Positions 9,746 to 18,326 of a stretch of DNA of 56,234 bases are shown piece by piece. Within the stretch, counting starts at the first letter, position 1; every line of letters starts with the position of its first letter. The notes under the pieces were generated by a model. It did not search any database and was not told the origin of the DNA. It saw only the letters and a program-made list of their open reading frames with translations. Both the position numbers and the translations under genes were made by a program. This DNA comes from an uncultured Planctomycetia bacterium (lineage in GTDB: Bacteria > Omnitrophota > Gorgyraeia > JABMRG01 > JAFGKX01): positions 1 through 56,234 of the forward strand of contig CAZMYR010000008.1 of the NCBI GenBank assembly GCA_964570585.1, given 5' to 3'.

Positions 9746-10171
9746 TTATTGCCCGGAAAGTTCCTTTTTTCTTTTAAGCAGCTCCATAGCATACTTTGAG
9801 GTAAAATTACCCATTTTCTCTTTTATTTCCTCTAACTTTTTATCTACTTCTTTTAGAGTCATCCTGTTTATCTTTTTTCTCTTTTTTTCGGCTGTAGCAG
9901 GTTTTTCTTCTTTAGGTTTTTCCGCCTTGGGCTTCTCTGTTTTTGGTTTTTCTTCTTTTGGCTTTTGTTCCTTCTTGGGTTCTTTCTCTTTTGGTTTCCC
10001 TTCTTCCCTCGGCTTTTCCTCTTTTTTTGGAAGCTCTTTCTTCTCTGGTTTAGTTTCTGCAGGCGGTATCTGTTCTTTCGGTTTCTCCTCCTTAGGTTTT
10101 TCTGCAGGTTTCTGTTCCTTTTTAACGCCTTCTTGCTTCTGTTGCTTTTCTTCAGGTTTTTCGTCCGGCAT
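9746..10171 (-). CDS. Hypothetical protein with an EKPKE low-complexity N-terminus and a short basic C-terminal domain
   Basis: AAAGGAG RBS before MPDEK; imperfect EKP repeats; C-terminal KKINRMTLKEV...SKYAMELLKRK. Confidence 0.7.
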   Translation of the reverse strand: MPDEKPEEKQQKQEGVKKEQKPAEKPKEEKPKEQIPPAETKPEKKELPKKEEKPREEGKPKEKEPKKEQKPKEEKPKTEKPKAEKPKEEKPATAEKKRKKINRMTLKEVDKKLEEIKEKMGNFTSKYAMELLKRKKELSGQ

Positions 10172-10262
10172 AAATTCTCCTTTCAATTTAGTCTTATAAT
10201 TTACGTCGTTTTAAAAAACTCCGTAAATTATGATTTCGTTGATTTTAGCACATATATTAATT

Positions 10263-10829
10263 CTATTGCAATAAGTTTTTCCCCAGGCTATAGGCCTTTT
10301 TTAGAAATTCCGGATGGTTAAATACGTCTTTTGCTTTTTCTAAACCTGTGCAAAATAACTCATCGGTATATTCAGCTTCTATAACTTCGAAGAAATTCCT
10401 GGTGATTTGTTTTGCATTTTGAAAAAAGTCTTCCCTGTCAGAGGCCTCAACGCAAATAAGCGCTGCTTTTGCCCTGTTTTTTCTTATTGACTCTTTAAGC
10501 ACTGTTTTCCGTTCCCAAAATGGCTGGCATCGGTCTATCATAATTTTAGCCTGAGCACTTAACGAACCAAAATATATTGGCGAGGCCAAAATTATCGCAT
10601 CTGCACCTTTAATCTTGGCCTCCACTTCTTGCATATCATCTTTTGCTGGAGATTCGCCAATTTTCCTTGCAGGATTTGACTCCCGCCAGGGAGAAATATT
10701 CAACGTATCCAGAATTATTGTTTCAGTGACACACCCTGTATCTTTTGCCCCTTTAAGCGCTTCTTGAAGTAAAATATGGCAATTTCCGTCTTTTCTGGGG
10801 CTTGCATTTATGCCTAATGCTCGCATCAT
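10263..10829 (-). CDS. Flavodoxin/iron-sulfur-flavoprotein-like NADPH-dependent FMN reductase
   Basis: SPRKDGN phosphate loop, ASPIYFGSLSAQAKIMIDR; the Cys cluster motif is absent. Confidence 0.85.
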   Translation of the reverse strand: MMRALGINASPRKDGNCHILLQEALKGAKDTGCVTETIILDTLNISPWRESNPARKIGESPAKDDMQEVEAKIKGADAIILASPIYFGSLSAQAKIMIDRCQPFWERKTVLKESIRKNRAKAALICVEASDREDFFQNAKQITRNFFEVIEAEYTDELFCTGLEKAKDVFNHPEFLKKAYSLGKNLLQ

Positions 10830-10832
10830 TCC

Positions 10833-12044
10833 CTATTCCACAATAGGCCTTAGTTTTAACGGCTTAAAGGTGTATCCCGATTTCTCATCCGGTATCTTTG
10901 CCACCGGCTCTGTGAGTAAAAATTTTCCTTTTTTAATCCACCTTTTTAAAGCATTGGCTATTTCAAGTGCTTTCGGATAACTCGAAAGCCCGCCTGTCGG
11001 TATTTCTTTTCTTTTTATAAAAATCTTGCCGCTTCTAAGCTGGGCATAGTTTACTTCGCCAAGATTTCTTTTGTTGCCTTCGGGGTAATCTCTGCTGTAA
11101 TCTACTATCTTGGTAAAAATCTCCTCATCCTTTATGGCAGTATACCGGCAAACCTGCTCATTTAAAATAGGTATAGGAATTCCGATACCAACTGTTAATG
11201 TTGCTCCATAGCCAAGCATAGAGACCCCTATAAGCCAGCCGGATTTCATCTGTTTTAAATCTCCGATAACAGCAAGTGTGCCTGCCGGCACTCGGGGAAC
11301 TCCGCTCTTTCTCCTTAAAACTTTCGGATTATGCTGAGTGCCATGCCAGGCAACATAACCTATGCCTCCTCCTAAAAATATCTTTGTTCCGACTCCGATT
11401 GTTTCATAATATGGGTCATTAAGGAGCGGGGAAAGTTGTCCGGCAGAGCAGTAGTTTGCATTTCCTAAGTTCGGCCTTAACACCCCCATATAAGTATAGA
11501 TAGGCCTGTCTTTGTGAAGATTGACAGCTACATCGTAGTTTTGATAGGCATTTCTGGGATTAAACAACACTGCCTCATTGAGGTCTTTTATATTTATATA
11601 AGTTTCCAATTTTTTACCGGGATAGCAATCAGTGCCATAGGCAGTAGCTATTAATTTTAGGTCTTTGCCTGAAACTAAATCTTCAATTACATGCCCTCCT
11701 CCATAATTGAACTCGCCGGGAAATACCTTATTGCGTGGGTCATCATCAGGAAGGGCGTTAGCGCCAATAATAAGGTCTGCTGCTGCAAGGCCGGTGTAAG
11801 CCGGGACACCGTTTATACAAACTCTGCCGCCGCCAAGTTTTATCTTTGGCTTTGCGTGGCCTATATTAATATAGGCTGCTGAAGAACACATTGGCCCGAA
11901 AGTGCCTGTTGTTACAACATCAACCTCTTTTGCGGCCTTTTTTGGCCCTTTTTTCTCTACAATGTCGATTATCTCTTCAGCAGTAACTACAACTGCCTTT
12001 CCTTTTTTTATTCTTTCATTTATCTCTTTTATTGTCTTTGCCAT
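10833..12044 (-). CDS. Homocysteine biosynthesis protein (MA1821/DUF39, aspartate-semialdehyde sulfurtransferase family)
   Basis: KTIKEINERIKKG, VDVVTTGTFGPMCSS, YGTDCYP, NPRNAYQNY, YMGVL; adjacent to cysK. Confidence 0.88.
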   Translation of the reverse strand: MAKTIKEINERIKKGKAVVVTAEEIIDIVEKKGPKKAAKEVDVVTTGTFGPMCSSAAYINIGHAKPKIKLGGGRVCINGVPAYTGLAAADLIIGANALPDDDPRNKVFPGEFNYGGGHVIEDLVSGKDLKLIATAYGTDCYPGKKLETYINIKDLNEAVLFNPRNAYQNYDVAVNLHKDRPIYTYMGVLRPNLGNANYCSAGQLSPLLNDPYYETIGVGTKIFLGGGIGYVAWHGTQHNPKVLRRKSGVPRVPAGTLAVIGDLKQMKSGWLIGVSMLGYGATLTVGIGIPIPILNEQVCRYTAIKDEEIFTKIVDYSRDYPEGNKRNLGEVNYAQLRSGKIFIKRKEIPTGGLSSYPKALEIANALKRWIKKGKFLLTEPVAKIPDEKSGYTFKPLKLRPIVE

Positions 12045-12061
12045 CTTTTCTCCTTTACTCC

Positions 12062-12979
12062 TTAAAACAATTCCGTGCTAAGGTACCTTTCGCCAGTATC
12101 GGGCAAAATCACTACTATAAGCCTACTTTTATATTCTGCCCTTTGCGCAAGCTCTAATGCCGCCCATACTGCTGCTCCCGATGATATACCAGCCAGGATA
12201 CCCTCTTCTTTTATGAGTCTGCGGGTTGTCTCTATGGCATCCGCATTCTTTACTTTTATTATCTCATCTATCATCTTTACATCAAGAACATCAGGAACAA
12301 ATCCTGCTCCGATGCCTTGTATCTTGTGCAAACCTGCTGAACTACCCGATAAAACCGCTGAGTCAAATGGCTCAACTGCAATAGCCTTAAATGATGGTTT
12401 ACGCTTCTTTATTACTTGAGCAATCCCTGTTATTGTGCCACCTGTGCCTACACCAGCTACTATCGCATCTACTTTGCCGTCTGTATCTTTCCATATCTCT
12501 TTAGCGGTAGCCTTTCGATGAATTTCAGGATTTGTTTCATTTTTAAACTGCTGCAGCATAAAGTAATTCTTATTTGTTTTAACCAACCCCTGAGCCTTTT
12601 TAATTGCACCCTTCATCCCATCCTTACCAGGCGTTAATACCAACTCAGCGCCAAAGGCCTTAAGCAAGGTTTTTCTTTCGGCACTCATTGTCTCAGGCAT
12701 TGTTAAAATTAACTTATATCCTCTGGCTGCGCACACAAATCCCAAAGCTATCCCTGTATTCCCGCTGGTAGGCTCAACTATTACTGTGCCAGAATTAATC
12801 AAACCCTTTTTCTCGGCATCTTCAATCATAGCAACGCCTATCCTATCTTTTATGCTTCCACTGGGATTGAAAAACTCCAATTTAGCCACCACTGTAGCTT
12901 TAAGCCCTTTTGTAATCTTATTTAATTTAACTAAAGGGGTATTTCCTGTTAATTTTGTTATATCCTTGGCAATTTTCAC
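12062..12979 (-). CDS. cysK: Cysteine synthase A
   Basis: NPSGSIKDR (PLP Lys), [33 protein letters not shown]; GTG start. Confidence 0.96.
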   Translation of the reverse strand: MKIAKDITKLTGNTPLVKLNKITKGLKATVVAKLEFFNPSGSIKDRIGVAMIEDAEKKGLINSGTVIVEPTSGNTGIALGFVCAARGYKLILTMPETMSAERKTLLKAFGAELVLTPGKDGMKGAIKKAQGLVKTNKNYFMLQQFKNETNPEIHRKATAKEIWKDTDGKVDAIVAGVGTGGTITGIAQVIKKRKPSFKAIAVEPFDSAVLSGSSAGLHKIQGIGAGFVPDVLDVKMIDEIIKVKNADAIETTRRLIKEEGILAGISSGAAVWAALELAQRAEYKSRLIVVILPDTGERYLSTELF

Positions 12980-13021
12980 TGTTATGCTTCCTTAAATTTG
13001 CGCCGGAAACCTTAAAAATTC

Positions 13022-13052
13022 AAAAAAGCAACCTCGCCGAGAGGAGATTGCT
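13022..13052 (-). terminator. Rho-independent terminator, probably the original tRNA-operon terminator displaced by the island
   Basis: AGCAATCTC-8nt-GAGGTTGCT followed by TTTTTT on the minus strand, 13 bp outside the att repeat. Confidence 0.7.
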
Positions 13053-13064
13053 CATACCGCTATC

Positions 13065-13094
13065 CTAAATTAACTGGCGGGGACGATGGGATTC
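13065..13094. repeat. att site (left direct repeat; duplicated 3' end of tRNA-Asp)
   Basis: CTAAATTAACTGGCGGGGACGATGGGATTC, identical to 28870-28899. Confidence 0.95.
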
Positions 13095-13163
13095 AATCCC
13101 CACTTTTCGCAACCATTCTACCTGTCGTCGATAATTTTGTCAATCTTTATCTCTCTTTGAAAG

Positions 13164-13185
13164 AACGTAACAAAATCGTAACAAA
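13164..13185. repeat. Putative integrase arm-type sites, left
   Basis: AACGTAACAAAATCGTAACAAA tandem; the same tandem recurs at 28751-28774. Confidence 0.7.
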
Positions 13186-13186
13186 T

Positions 13187-13486
13187 CTAAGTTCCTATTA
13201 AGTTATTGACTACGCTAACAATAGTACAAATAACAATTATAAGCGTTAACACAATATTTGTTCTTGCTAATCGAGTATTACCTTTCGCTATGATTTCATT
13301 TGAATCTTTTAATTTAATAATGCTATCCGTCAATGCTTCTTTGAATATCCCGATTTCATCAGACATAAATCTTGCTACTTTTGATAATAAAATCGGGGCA
13401 AGTTTTTGCTCTTCTGGTGCTGTTGCAATCATACCTAGCCTTCTTTGAATCTCTTCAATTGCTAATTTACTATAATCTTCTGACAT
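13187..13486 (-). CDS. Small protein with a C-terminal TM helix
   Basis: AAAAGGAGG RBS before MSEDY; coiled-coil-like body, hydrophobic C-terminus. Confidence 0.7.
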   Translation of the reverse strand: MSEDYSKLAIEEIQRRLGMIATAPEEQKLAPILLSKVARFMSDEIGIFKEALTDSIIKLKDSNEIIAKGNTRLARTNIVLTLIIVICTIVSVVNNLIGT

Positions 13487-13507
13487 AAACAACCTCCTTT
13501 TTGATGT

Positions 13508-13536
13508 ATTATATCCTATCTATCTAATTTTTCCAA
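13508..13536 (-). promoter_or_regulatory. Sigma70-like promoter for the small membrane gene, overlapping the integrase 3' end
   Basis: TTGGAA-17bp-TATAAT on the minus strand. Confidence 0.55.
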
Positions 13537-14586
13537 CTTTTTAATCTTCTTATTTACTTCAGGCCTAAATATGTGGGCATAACCTTCTGTAGTCCTTAAT
13601 TCTGTATGCCTCATCTGCTCCATTACCTCTCTTGTATTTAACCCTGCATTGAATAAATAACTACAATGGGTATGCCTGAGCTCATGTATTGTGCTTATAC
13701 TGTCAATATTGGCCTTCTGCAATATTGCCTTTAATCTTCTAATGATCTTCCTTGTTCTAAAACCAAACGCTTCTCCATTTTCTGTTGTAAAAACATATTC
13801 ACCCTTACTCTTCGTTTTAAGCGCTTCTAAAAGCTTTTTAAGGCTATCATGGATACTAACATAGTCCGGTTTTTTCTTGCATTTCGGTTTCATAATCCAT
13901 AACACATTATTCTCAAAATCAATATCTTGCCATTTCAGCTTTATAAGCTCTGTAAATCTAAGGCCGGTGTGGATAAATGTATAAAATATGGGATAGTAAT
14001 GAGGATATTCTCTTTTTGCTATTTTCATAAATCGCTGATATTCCTCTGGAGAAAGGGCATTTTTCTGCTTTGCGTCATTGACTTCTAGTTTCTTGCATCC
14101 TTTAGCAGGATTTTGCTTCATAAGATTATGGCTTATTGCAAAATTAAATTGTGTAATGAGATTTTTAAGATGATTATTGCAAGTGTTGGCCCTATCCTGT
14201 TTTACTTCTCTTAAATATGTAATATATCTGTCTATTAAGGCAGTATTAATATCTGATAAAAGGCCTACCCCTATAATACCTAAAAAACGTCCAAACTCAT
14301 TAACAACGCTTTTATGTGATTTAAAAGTCTCATAAGGGTATCGTGCTTTATAATGCTTTAAGAACTCGCCGGTGAAATAGGTATACGGCATATCACTTAC
14401 GACCTTTTCACCTTCCTGTAATGTCCTGTATTCAGTAATACGAGTTAGGAGCTTCTTTCTTGCTAGCTCTTTATCATCCGTTTTGCTGCTCTCTTGCCTG
14501 CGTTTACCACTGGCGTCATAATACCACATCCACCAAACAGAGCTGTCTTTTCTTCTGTATATATCACCAAACTTTTTCGCTGTCAT
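13516..14586 (-). CDS. int: Tyrosine recombinase/integrase
   Basis: N-terminal arm-binding WWMWYYDASGKRR; TGLRFTEL, HELRHT, QMRH, EGYAH catalytic set. Confidence 0.95.
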   Translation of the reverse strand: MTAKKFGDIYRRKDSSVWWMWYYDASGKRRQESSKTDDKELARKKLLTRITEYRTLQEGEKVVSDMPYTYFTGEFLKHYKARYPYETFKSHKSVVNEFGRFLGIIGVGLLSDINTALIDRYITYLREVKQDRANTCNNHLKNLITQFNFAISHNLMKQNPAKGCKKLEVNDAKQKNALSPEEYQRFMKIAKREYPHYYPIFYTFIHTGLRFTELIKLKWQDIDFENNVLWIMKPKCKKKPDYVSIHDSLKKLLEALKTKSKGEYVFTTENGEAFGFRTRKIIRRLKAILQKANIDSISTIHELRHTHCSYLFNAGLNTREVMEQMRHTELRTTEGYAHIFRPEVNKKIKKLEKLDR

Positions 14587-14755
14587 TGCCTCTTACGGTC
14601 TCCTTTACTGCTCTATCAACTTCACCTAAAATAAATCTTGGCTTTCCATTAAACCTATAATAGGGTATCTTATCCTTGCTCACATAATAGTAAACCGTGC
14701 CTGTTGGCAATCCTATAAACTCTGCTACCTCTTTTACTCCTACATATTTTCTCAT
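14564..14755 (-). CDS. xis: Excisionase-like HTH_17 protein
   Basis: YVGVKEVAEFIGLPTGTVYYYVSKDKIPYYRFNGKPRF; AAAGGGG RBS; overlaps the int start. Confidence 0.8.
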   Translation of the reverse strand: MRKYVGVKEVAEFIGLPTGTVYYYVSKDKIPYYRFNGKPRFILGEVDRAVKETVRGNDSEKVW

Positions 14756-14779
14756 TATTTCCCCTTTCTGAACAACTGG

Positions 14780-14795
14780 CTTGACAACTGTCAAG
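14780..14795. promoter_or_regulatory. Palindromic operator upstream of xis-int
   Basis: CTTGACA-AC-TGTCAAG; same arms as the palindrome at 15013-15032. Confidence 0.7.
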
Positions 14796-14813
14796 ATTTA
14801 GATTAAAAAAATA

Positions 14814-14993
14814 TTATATAACCTCTTCCTTTTTCAAAATTTTCAGGTACGCTTTTGAAATATTTGATCTTCCTCTAATCCATCTATTGAGCGTACCATC
14901 CGGAATTCCTATTTGTTTTGCGAATTCCCACTGACGGAGGTTATGTTTTCTCATATAATCTTCTATCTTCGCAAGTATTTCCTTTTCCGTCAT
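14814..14993 (-). CDS. 59-aa XRE-family HTH regulator (not in ORF track)
   Basis: MTEKEILAKIEDYMRKHNLRQWEFAKQIGIPDGTLNRWIRGRSNISKAYLKILKKEEVI; classic XRE pattern. Confidence 0.85.
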   Translation of the reverse strand: MTEKEILAKIEDYMRKHNLRQWEFAKQIGIPDGTLNRWIRGRSNISKAYLKILKKEEVI

Positions 14994-15001
14994 CTGAATC
15001 T

Positions 15002-15032
15002 ATTATACCACTGACTTGACAATTGTCAAGTC
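15002..15032 (-). promoter_or_regulatory. Consensus promoter with an overlapping perfect 20-bp palindromic operator
   Basis: TTGACA-16bp-TATAAT with extended -10 TG; GACTTGACAATTGTCAAGTC at 15013-15032; -10 lies 8 nt from the ATG. Confidence 0.8.
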
Positions 15033-15102
15033 TTTTTTTGAAAAAATTTCCGTTTTCTAGGCAGAGAAGTATGAATAATTTTGGAGGAAAGTTGAAACTT
15101 TC

Positions 15103-16251
15103 TTAAAAAAGAATACTCTTCAAAAATAGTAAAGAATCTATAATTCTGAATTTTAGCTTCCTATTAATTTTTATTTTTTCGGAATAACGCTCTTCTTTTC
15201 TAGTTGGAACTTTAGGATTTATCCACTTCTCATCTGTTAATTCTTCAAATGCCTTAACAATTTCTTCTCTGCGAAACTTAAAATATTTCCATTCATTTAT
15301 ATAATTTACTACATCATCTACAGAACCAACTTCTCCACTTGACACAAGAGATGCCCAAGCTAATAATACTGAAGATAAAAGTTCTATTTTTTGCAGAGGA
15401 AATTTACTTAAGAAGGTTACAACATGTGTTATTACATTTCTAGCAAAATTTAAATCTAAATTTAATTCTTCAATTGCTTTCAACCATTTAGTTTCATCTA
15501 GAATAATAAGATCTGATTTTGACAAGGTAGGGGATGCATCTCTAACAAATAAACCTTCTAACCTATCTATATTGAAATTCAAGTTATAGTCATAAGGACC
15601 TAATTTATATTTTTTAAATTTTAATTCAATAGGAAGGCCCGCCATTTGAGAAAAAAATGCTATTTTTTGTAAAAGCAATCGGCCTATTGGGACCTCGGGA
15701 GAGAAAATTTCTCTAGCTATGCGTACCATTTCTCCTGTATAAACAGACGCTTTAGTTAATTTAATTTTGTCAATTTTCTTAAATGGATTCTTCCTAGGAA
15801 TACGGTCTCCTGTCTCTAAAGGCTCATAAAGTTCTATATCTATTGGGAGATTCGAAAGATGTTCAATAATTAGTTTTTTTACCTTGTTCCAATCCAATCC
15901 ACCCATGCCGCAACCTAAAGGAGGAATAGCGATAGAAGTAATGTTCCATTTTTTATAGTTATTAACTAAAGAAGTAAGGCCTTCTTCAATAAATTCATAT
16001 TTAGAGGGCCCTTTCCAATTATCTTTTGTAGGAAAACATAATATCTGCAAATGCAGATCTTTATATAAGTACAAATGCCCTTTGCTTAGCTCTCCCCTTT
16101 TACAAGCTTTTGCATATTCTTTATACATCTCGGGGAATCGATATCTGAACTCTTTAGCTAGGCCTTTCCCCATGATTCCTACGCAGTTTACAGTCGCAAC
16201 AAGCGTCTGCACTTTAGACCTAAATATGTCTCCTTTAATAAATTTAATCAT
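15103..16251 (-). CDS. darG: DarG antitoxin (macro-domain DNA ADP-ribosyl glycohydrolase plus C-terminal domain)
   Basis: GDIF...VATVNCVGIMGKGLAKEFR, FPTKDNWK, IPPLGCGMGGLDW macro motifs; YKLGPY and ELLSSV in the C-domain; 4-bp overlap with darT. Confidence 0.9.
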   Translation of the reverse strand: MIKFIKGDIFRSKVQTLVATVNCVGIMGKGLAKEFRYRFPEMYKEYAKACKRGELSKGHLYLYKDLHLQILCFPTKDNWKGPSKYEFIEEGLTSLVNNYKKWNITSIAIPPLGCGMGGLDWNKVKKLIIEHLSNLPIDIELYEPLETGDRIPRKNPFKKIDKIKLTKASVYTGEMVRIAREIFSPEVPIGRLLLQKIAFFSQMAGLPIELKFKKYKLGPYDYNLNFNIDRLEGLFVRDASPTLSKSDLIILDETKWLKAIEELNLDLNFARNVITHVVTFLSKFPLQKIELLSSVLLAWASLVSSGEVGSVDDVVNYINEWKYFKFRREEIVKAFEELTDEKWINPKVPTRKEERYSEKIKINRKLKFRIIDSLLFLKSILF

Positions 16252-16862
16252 TGGTAATAATATGCAGGAACTACAAATATTTTTTTGTGGACGTCATGAG
16301 CTCTTAATATCTCTTCGGCATGCTTTCTTATACTATTATTATATACCACAATAGCTATAACTTTGTCCAGTGATATTTGGTGGAGCTTTAAAACCTCGGC
16401 TTGTTTTTTACGCTTTGCCTCATCAGATTCTCCCCAGTAATGCACGCTCGCTGCTTTTAAATCGACCTTATTAACATTTTTACGGCCTTGGTAGAATTTA
16501 GTTTGATTTGCCCTAGCATTTCCATCTGTAAACCACGTTGTATCTTCAAAAATTATATTCCAATTGATTAACAAGTAGATTATTTTCTCCTGCGCTATAC
16601 CCTTTCGTCTTAATGCTAATAACATAGGGGGACGTGCACCAAAGAAAGCAGGAACACAATCATGTAAATAGTAGCTTGTACCCGGAACAACAATACGGCT
16701 CCTGGCTCTCTGGATATCATCACTTGAAACATCCTCGTATTTAATTTTTGCAGATATAATTTTATTTTTTGATAATAAACCTCTTCTTAATATACCCGGT
16801 AAGTTATTTATGTGTGTTATATGAAACAGTGCCCCATTTTTTAATACAAAACGGATTGCCAT
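16248..16862 (-). CDS. darT: DarT toxin (DUF4433 ssDNA ADP-ribosyltransferase)
   Basis: FHITHINNLPGIL..GLLS, LHDCVPAFF, PPML, FTDGNA, KKQAEVL with the catalytic Glu. Confidence 0.9.
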   Translation of the reverse strand: MAIRFVLKNGALFHITHINNLPGILRRGLLSKNKIISAKIKYEDVSSDDIQRARSRIVVPGTSYYLHDCVPAFFGARPPMLLALRRKGIAQEKIIYLLINWNIIFEDTTWFTDGNARANQTKFYQGRKNVNKVDLKAASVHYWGESDEAKRKKQAEVLKLHQISLDKVIAIVVYNNSIRKHAEEILRAHDVHKKIFVVPAYYYQ

Positions 16863-16888
16863 AATTCTGAATTGGAAAATCGTTTAAT

Positions 16889-17116
16889 CTAATCTTTGGA
16901 ATAGCAATTAATCTTTTCTTTTATCCAATTCCAGCCGGGATTGTAGTAATTAGTAAACGATTTAAAATTGTCTTTTAGCCACTCGTAATAATCATCTTCA
17001 ATATATTCACAAAAAGTCTCAACAAAAACATTTTCAGAAATATCCTCTGGAACCTTAATTCCTATATCTTCAAAACTTTCTTCTAAAAATTCTTTTACAA
17101 CTTGTCTGTCTAACAT
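16889..17116 (-). CDS. Small acidic, aromatic-rich hypothetical protein
   Basis: GGAGG RBS; 75 aa; 26 bp upstream of darT. Confidence 0.7.
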   Translation of the reverse strand: MLDRQVVKEFLEESFEDIGIKVPEDISENVFVETFCEYIEDDYYEWLKDNFKSFTNYYNPGWNWIKEKINCYSKD

Positions 17117-17353
17117 TTTTTAATCCTCCAACGCATTAAATGCTAATTTGTCTTTTCTAACCCTAATTTGGTGCCATCCTACTTGGGGCCACCCCGCAAT
17201 CTTAATTCAGCCCACTCCGCTATTTCAACCTTTCTTCTACCCTGCGTCCAGTTTCAAAAAGGGACAGGTTGGTTTAAGAAGCCTGCTAGCAGGCGGGTAT
17301 CCCTACAGGGTCTTCCTTTGTTTTCCAAAAAAACAGAAACATACTCTTTTCAT

Positions 17354-18214
17354 CTAATGATCTTTTGTTTTATAAAACTCTTCTATCGTCTTTGATATAA
17401 CTGTACTGTCATGAGTATTACCGAGGTGACTTTTAAACATATCAAATACTTCTGACCAATTCTTATACTTTTCCAAAATAGCTGGTTGACATCCTGGTAT
17501 AAATAATCCTAATATTTTGTAGTTAGAATCGCTTGTATTATAAAGTAATAAACTGCCGCAATCGCCAAAAGCTCCATTAATATCTACATGAAAGCCACGA
17601 AAGAATCTCTCATGCATATCCTTAAAGGCCAAATCCTTATTTTTTATTATAATATCTTCTCCAAGTTTGCCTTCTAAAATTTTGCAAAATCTAGGAATAA
17701 TATCTTTGTTAACTTGTCCACCGGGATAACCTATTATTACCATTTTTTTATCATAGTCTATGAGGTTACTTTCTTCTCCCTGTAATAATACATCATAATT
17801 AATAAATTTATCCTTTAAACTTTGAAGTTTCTTCTCCTGTGTTATCTCTATCCCACACATATCGTTCATTCTTAAATAAGTTTCTTTAAGTAGGACCCCT
17901 TCTATTTCTTTCACGTTATTAGAGACATAGGGAATTGTTACTTTTTGATTATCAATATATATTTGAAAACCATCGGGATCGCCTAGCTCTTTATGAATAC
18001 CATGCTTTGCAGTAATAAGGAATAGCCTCTCTTCAGTATTTTGTCTGCGTCTTATTATAAAACCGTTCAAGCCGCCCATAGCTTTGCCGTTAAATATCGG
18101 CTTAACAATTACTATTGTTTTTTTAAAATCTTCGATGGTATAGGCATAAGAAATGTGCGACAGCACAAGTAGTAACATACAGAAAAATATCGTGGTTAGC
18201 TTATTTATTTTCAT
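17354..18214 (-). CDS. Secreted chymotrypsin-fold protease-like protein with Cys at the nucleophile position
   Basis: Signal peptide ending SYA; ITAKH (H71), D118, IIGYP, GDCGS (C219). Confidence 0.7.
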   Translation of the reverse strand: MKINKLTTIFFCMLLLVLSHISYAYTIEDFKKTIVIVKPIFNGKAMGGLNGFIIRRRQNTEERLFLITAKHGIHKELGDPDGFQIYIDNQKVTIPYVSNNVKEIEGVLLKETYLRMNDMCGIEITQEKKLQSLKDKFINYDVLLQGEESNLIDYDKKMVIIGYPGGQVNKDIIPRFCKILEGKLGEDIIIKNKDLAFKDMHERFFRGFHVDINGAFGDCGSLLLYNTSDSNYKILGLFIPGCQPAILEKYKNWSEVFDMFKSHLGNTHDSTVISKTIEEFYKTKDH

Positions 18215-18326
18215 ATTTAATCAAAAAAGTATGCTTCTATTATTGCCAATAAAACTTGAATTTGTCAAAAAATAGAAACATGCCCTTTTTCTACTTATCG
18301 TACATACCCCTTTTTATAAAATTTAA

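Noticed and set aside
9880-10165. Repetitive DNA resembling an array
   Set aside because: Irregular codon-level repeats of an E/K/P-rich protein; no constant repeat-spacer period.
13065-13103. tRNA-like sequence at the left island end
   Set aside because: Only the 3' acceptor strand and part of the T-arm are present and the match breaks in the T-loop; it is the att duplication, not a tRNA.
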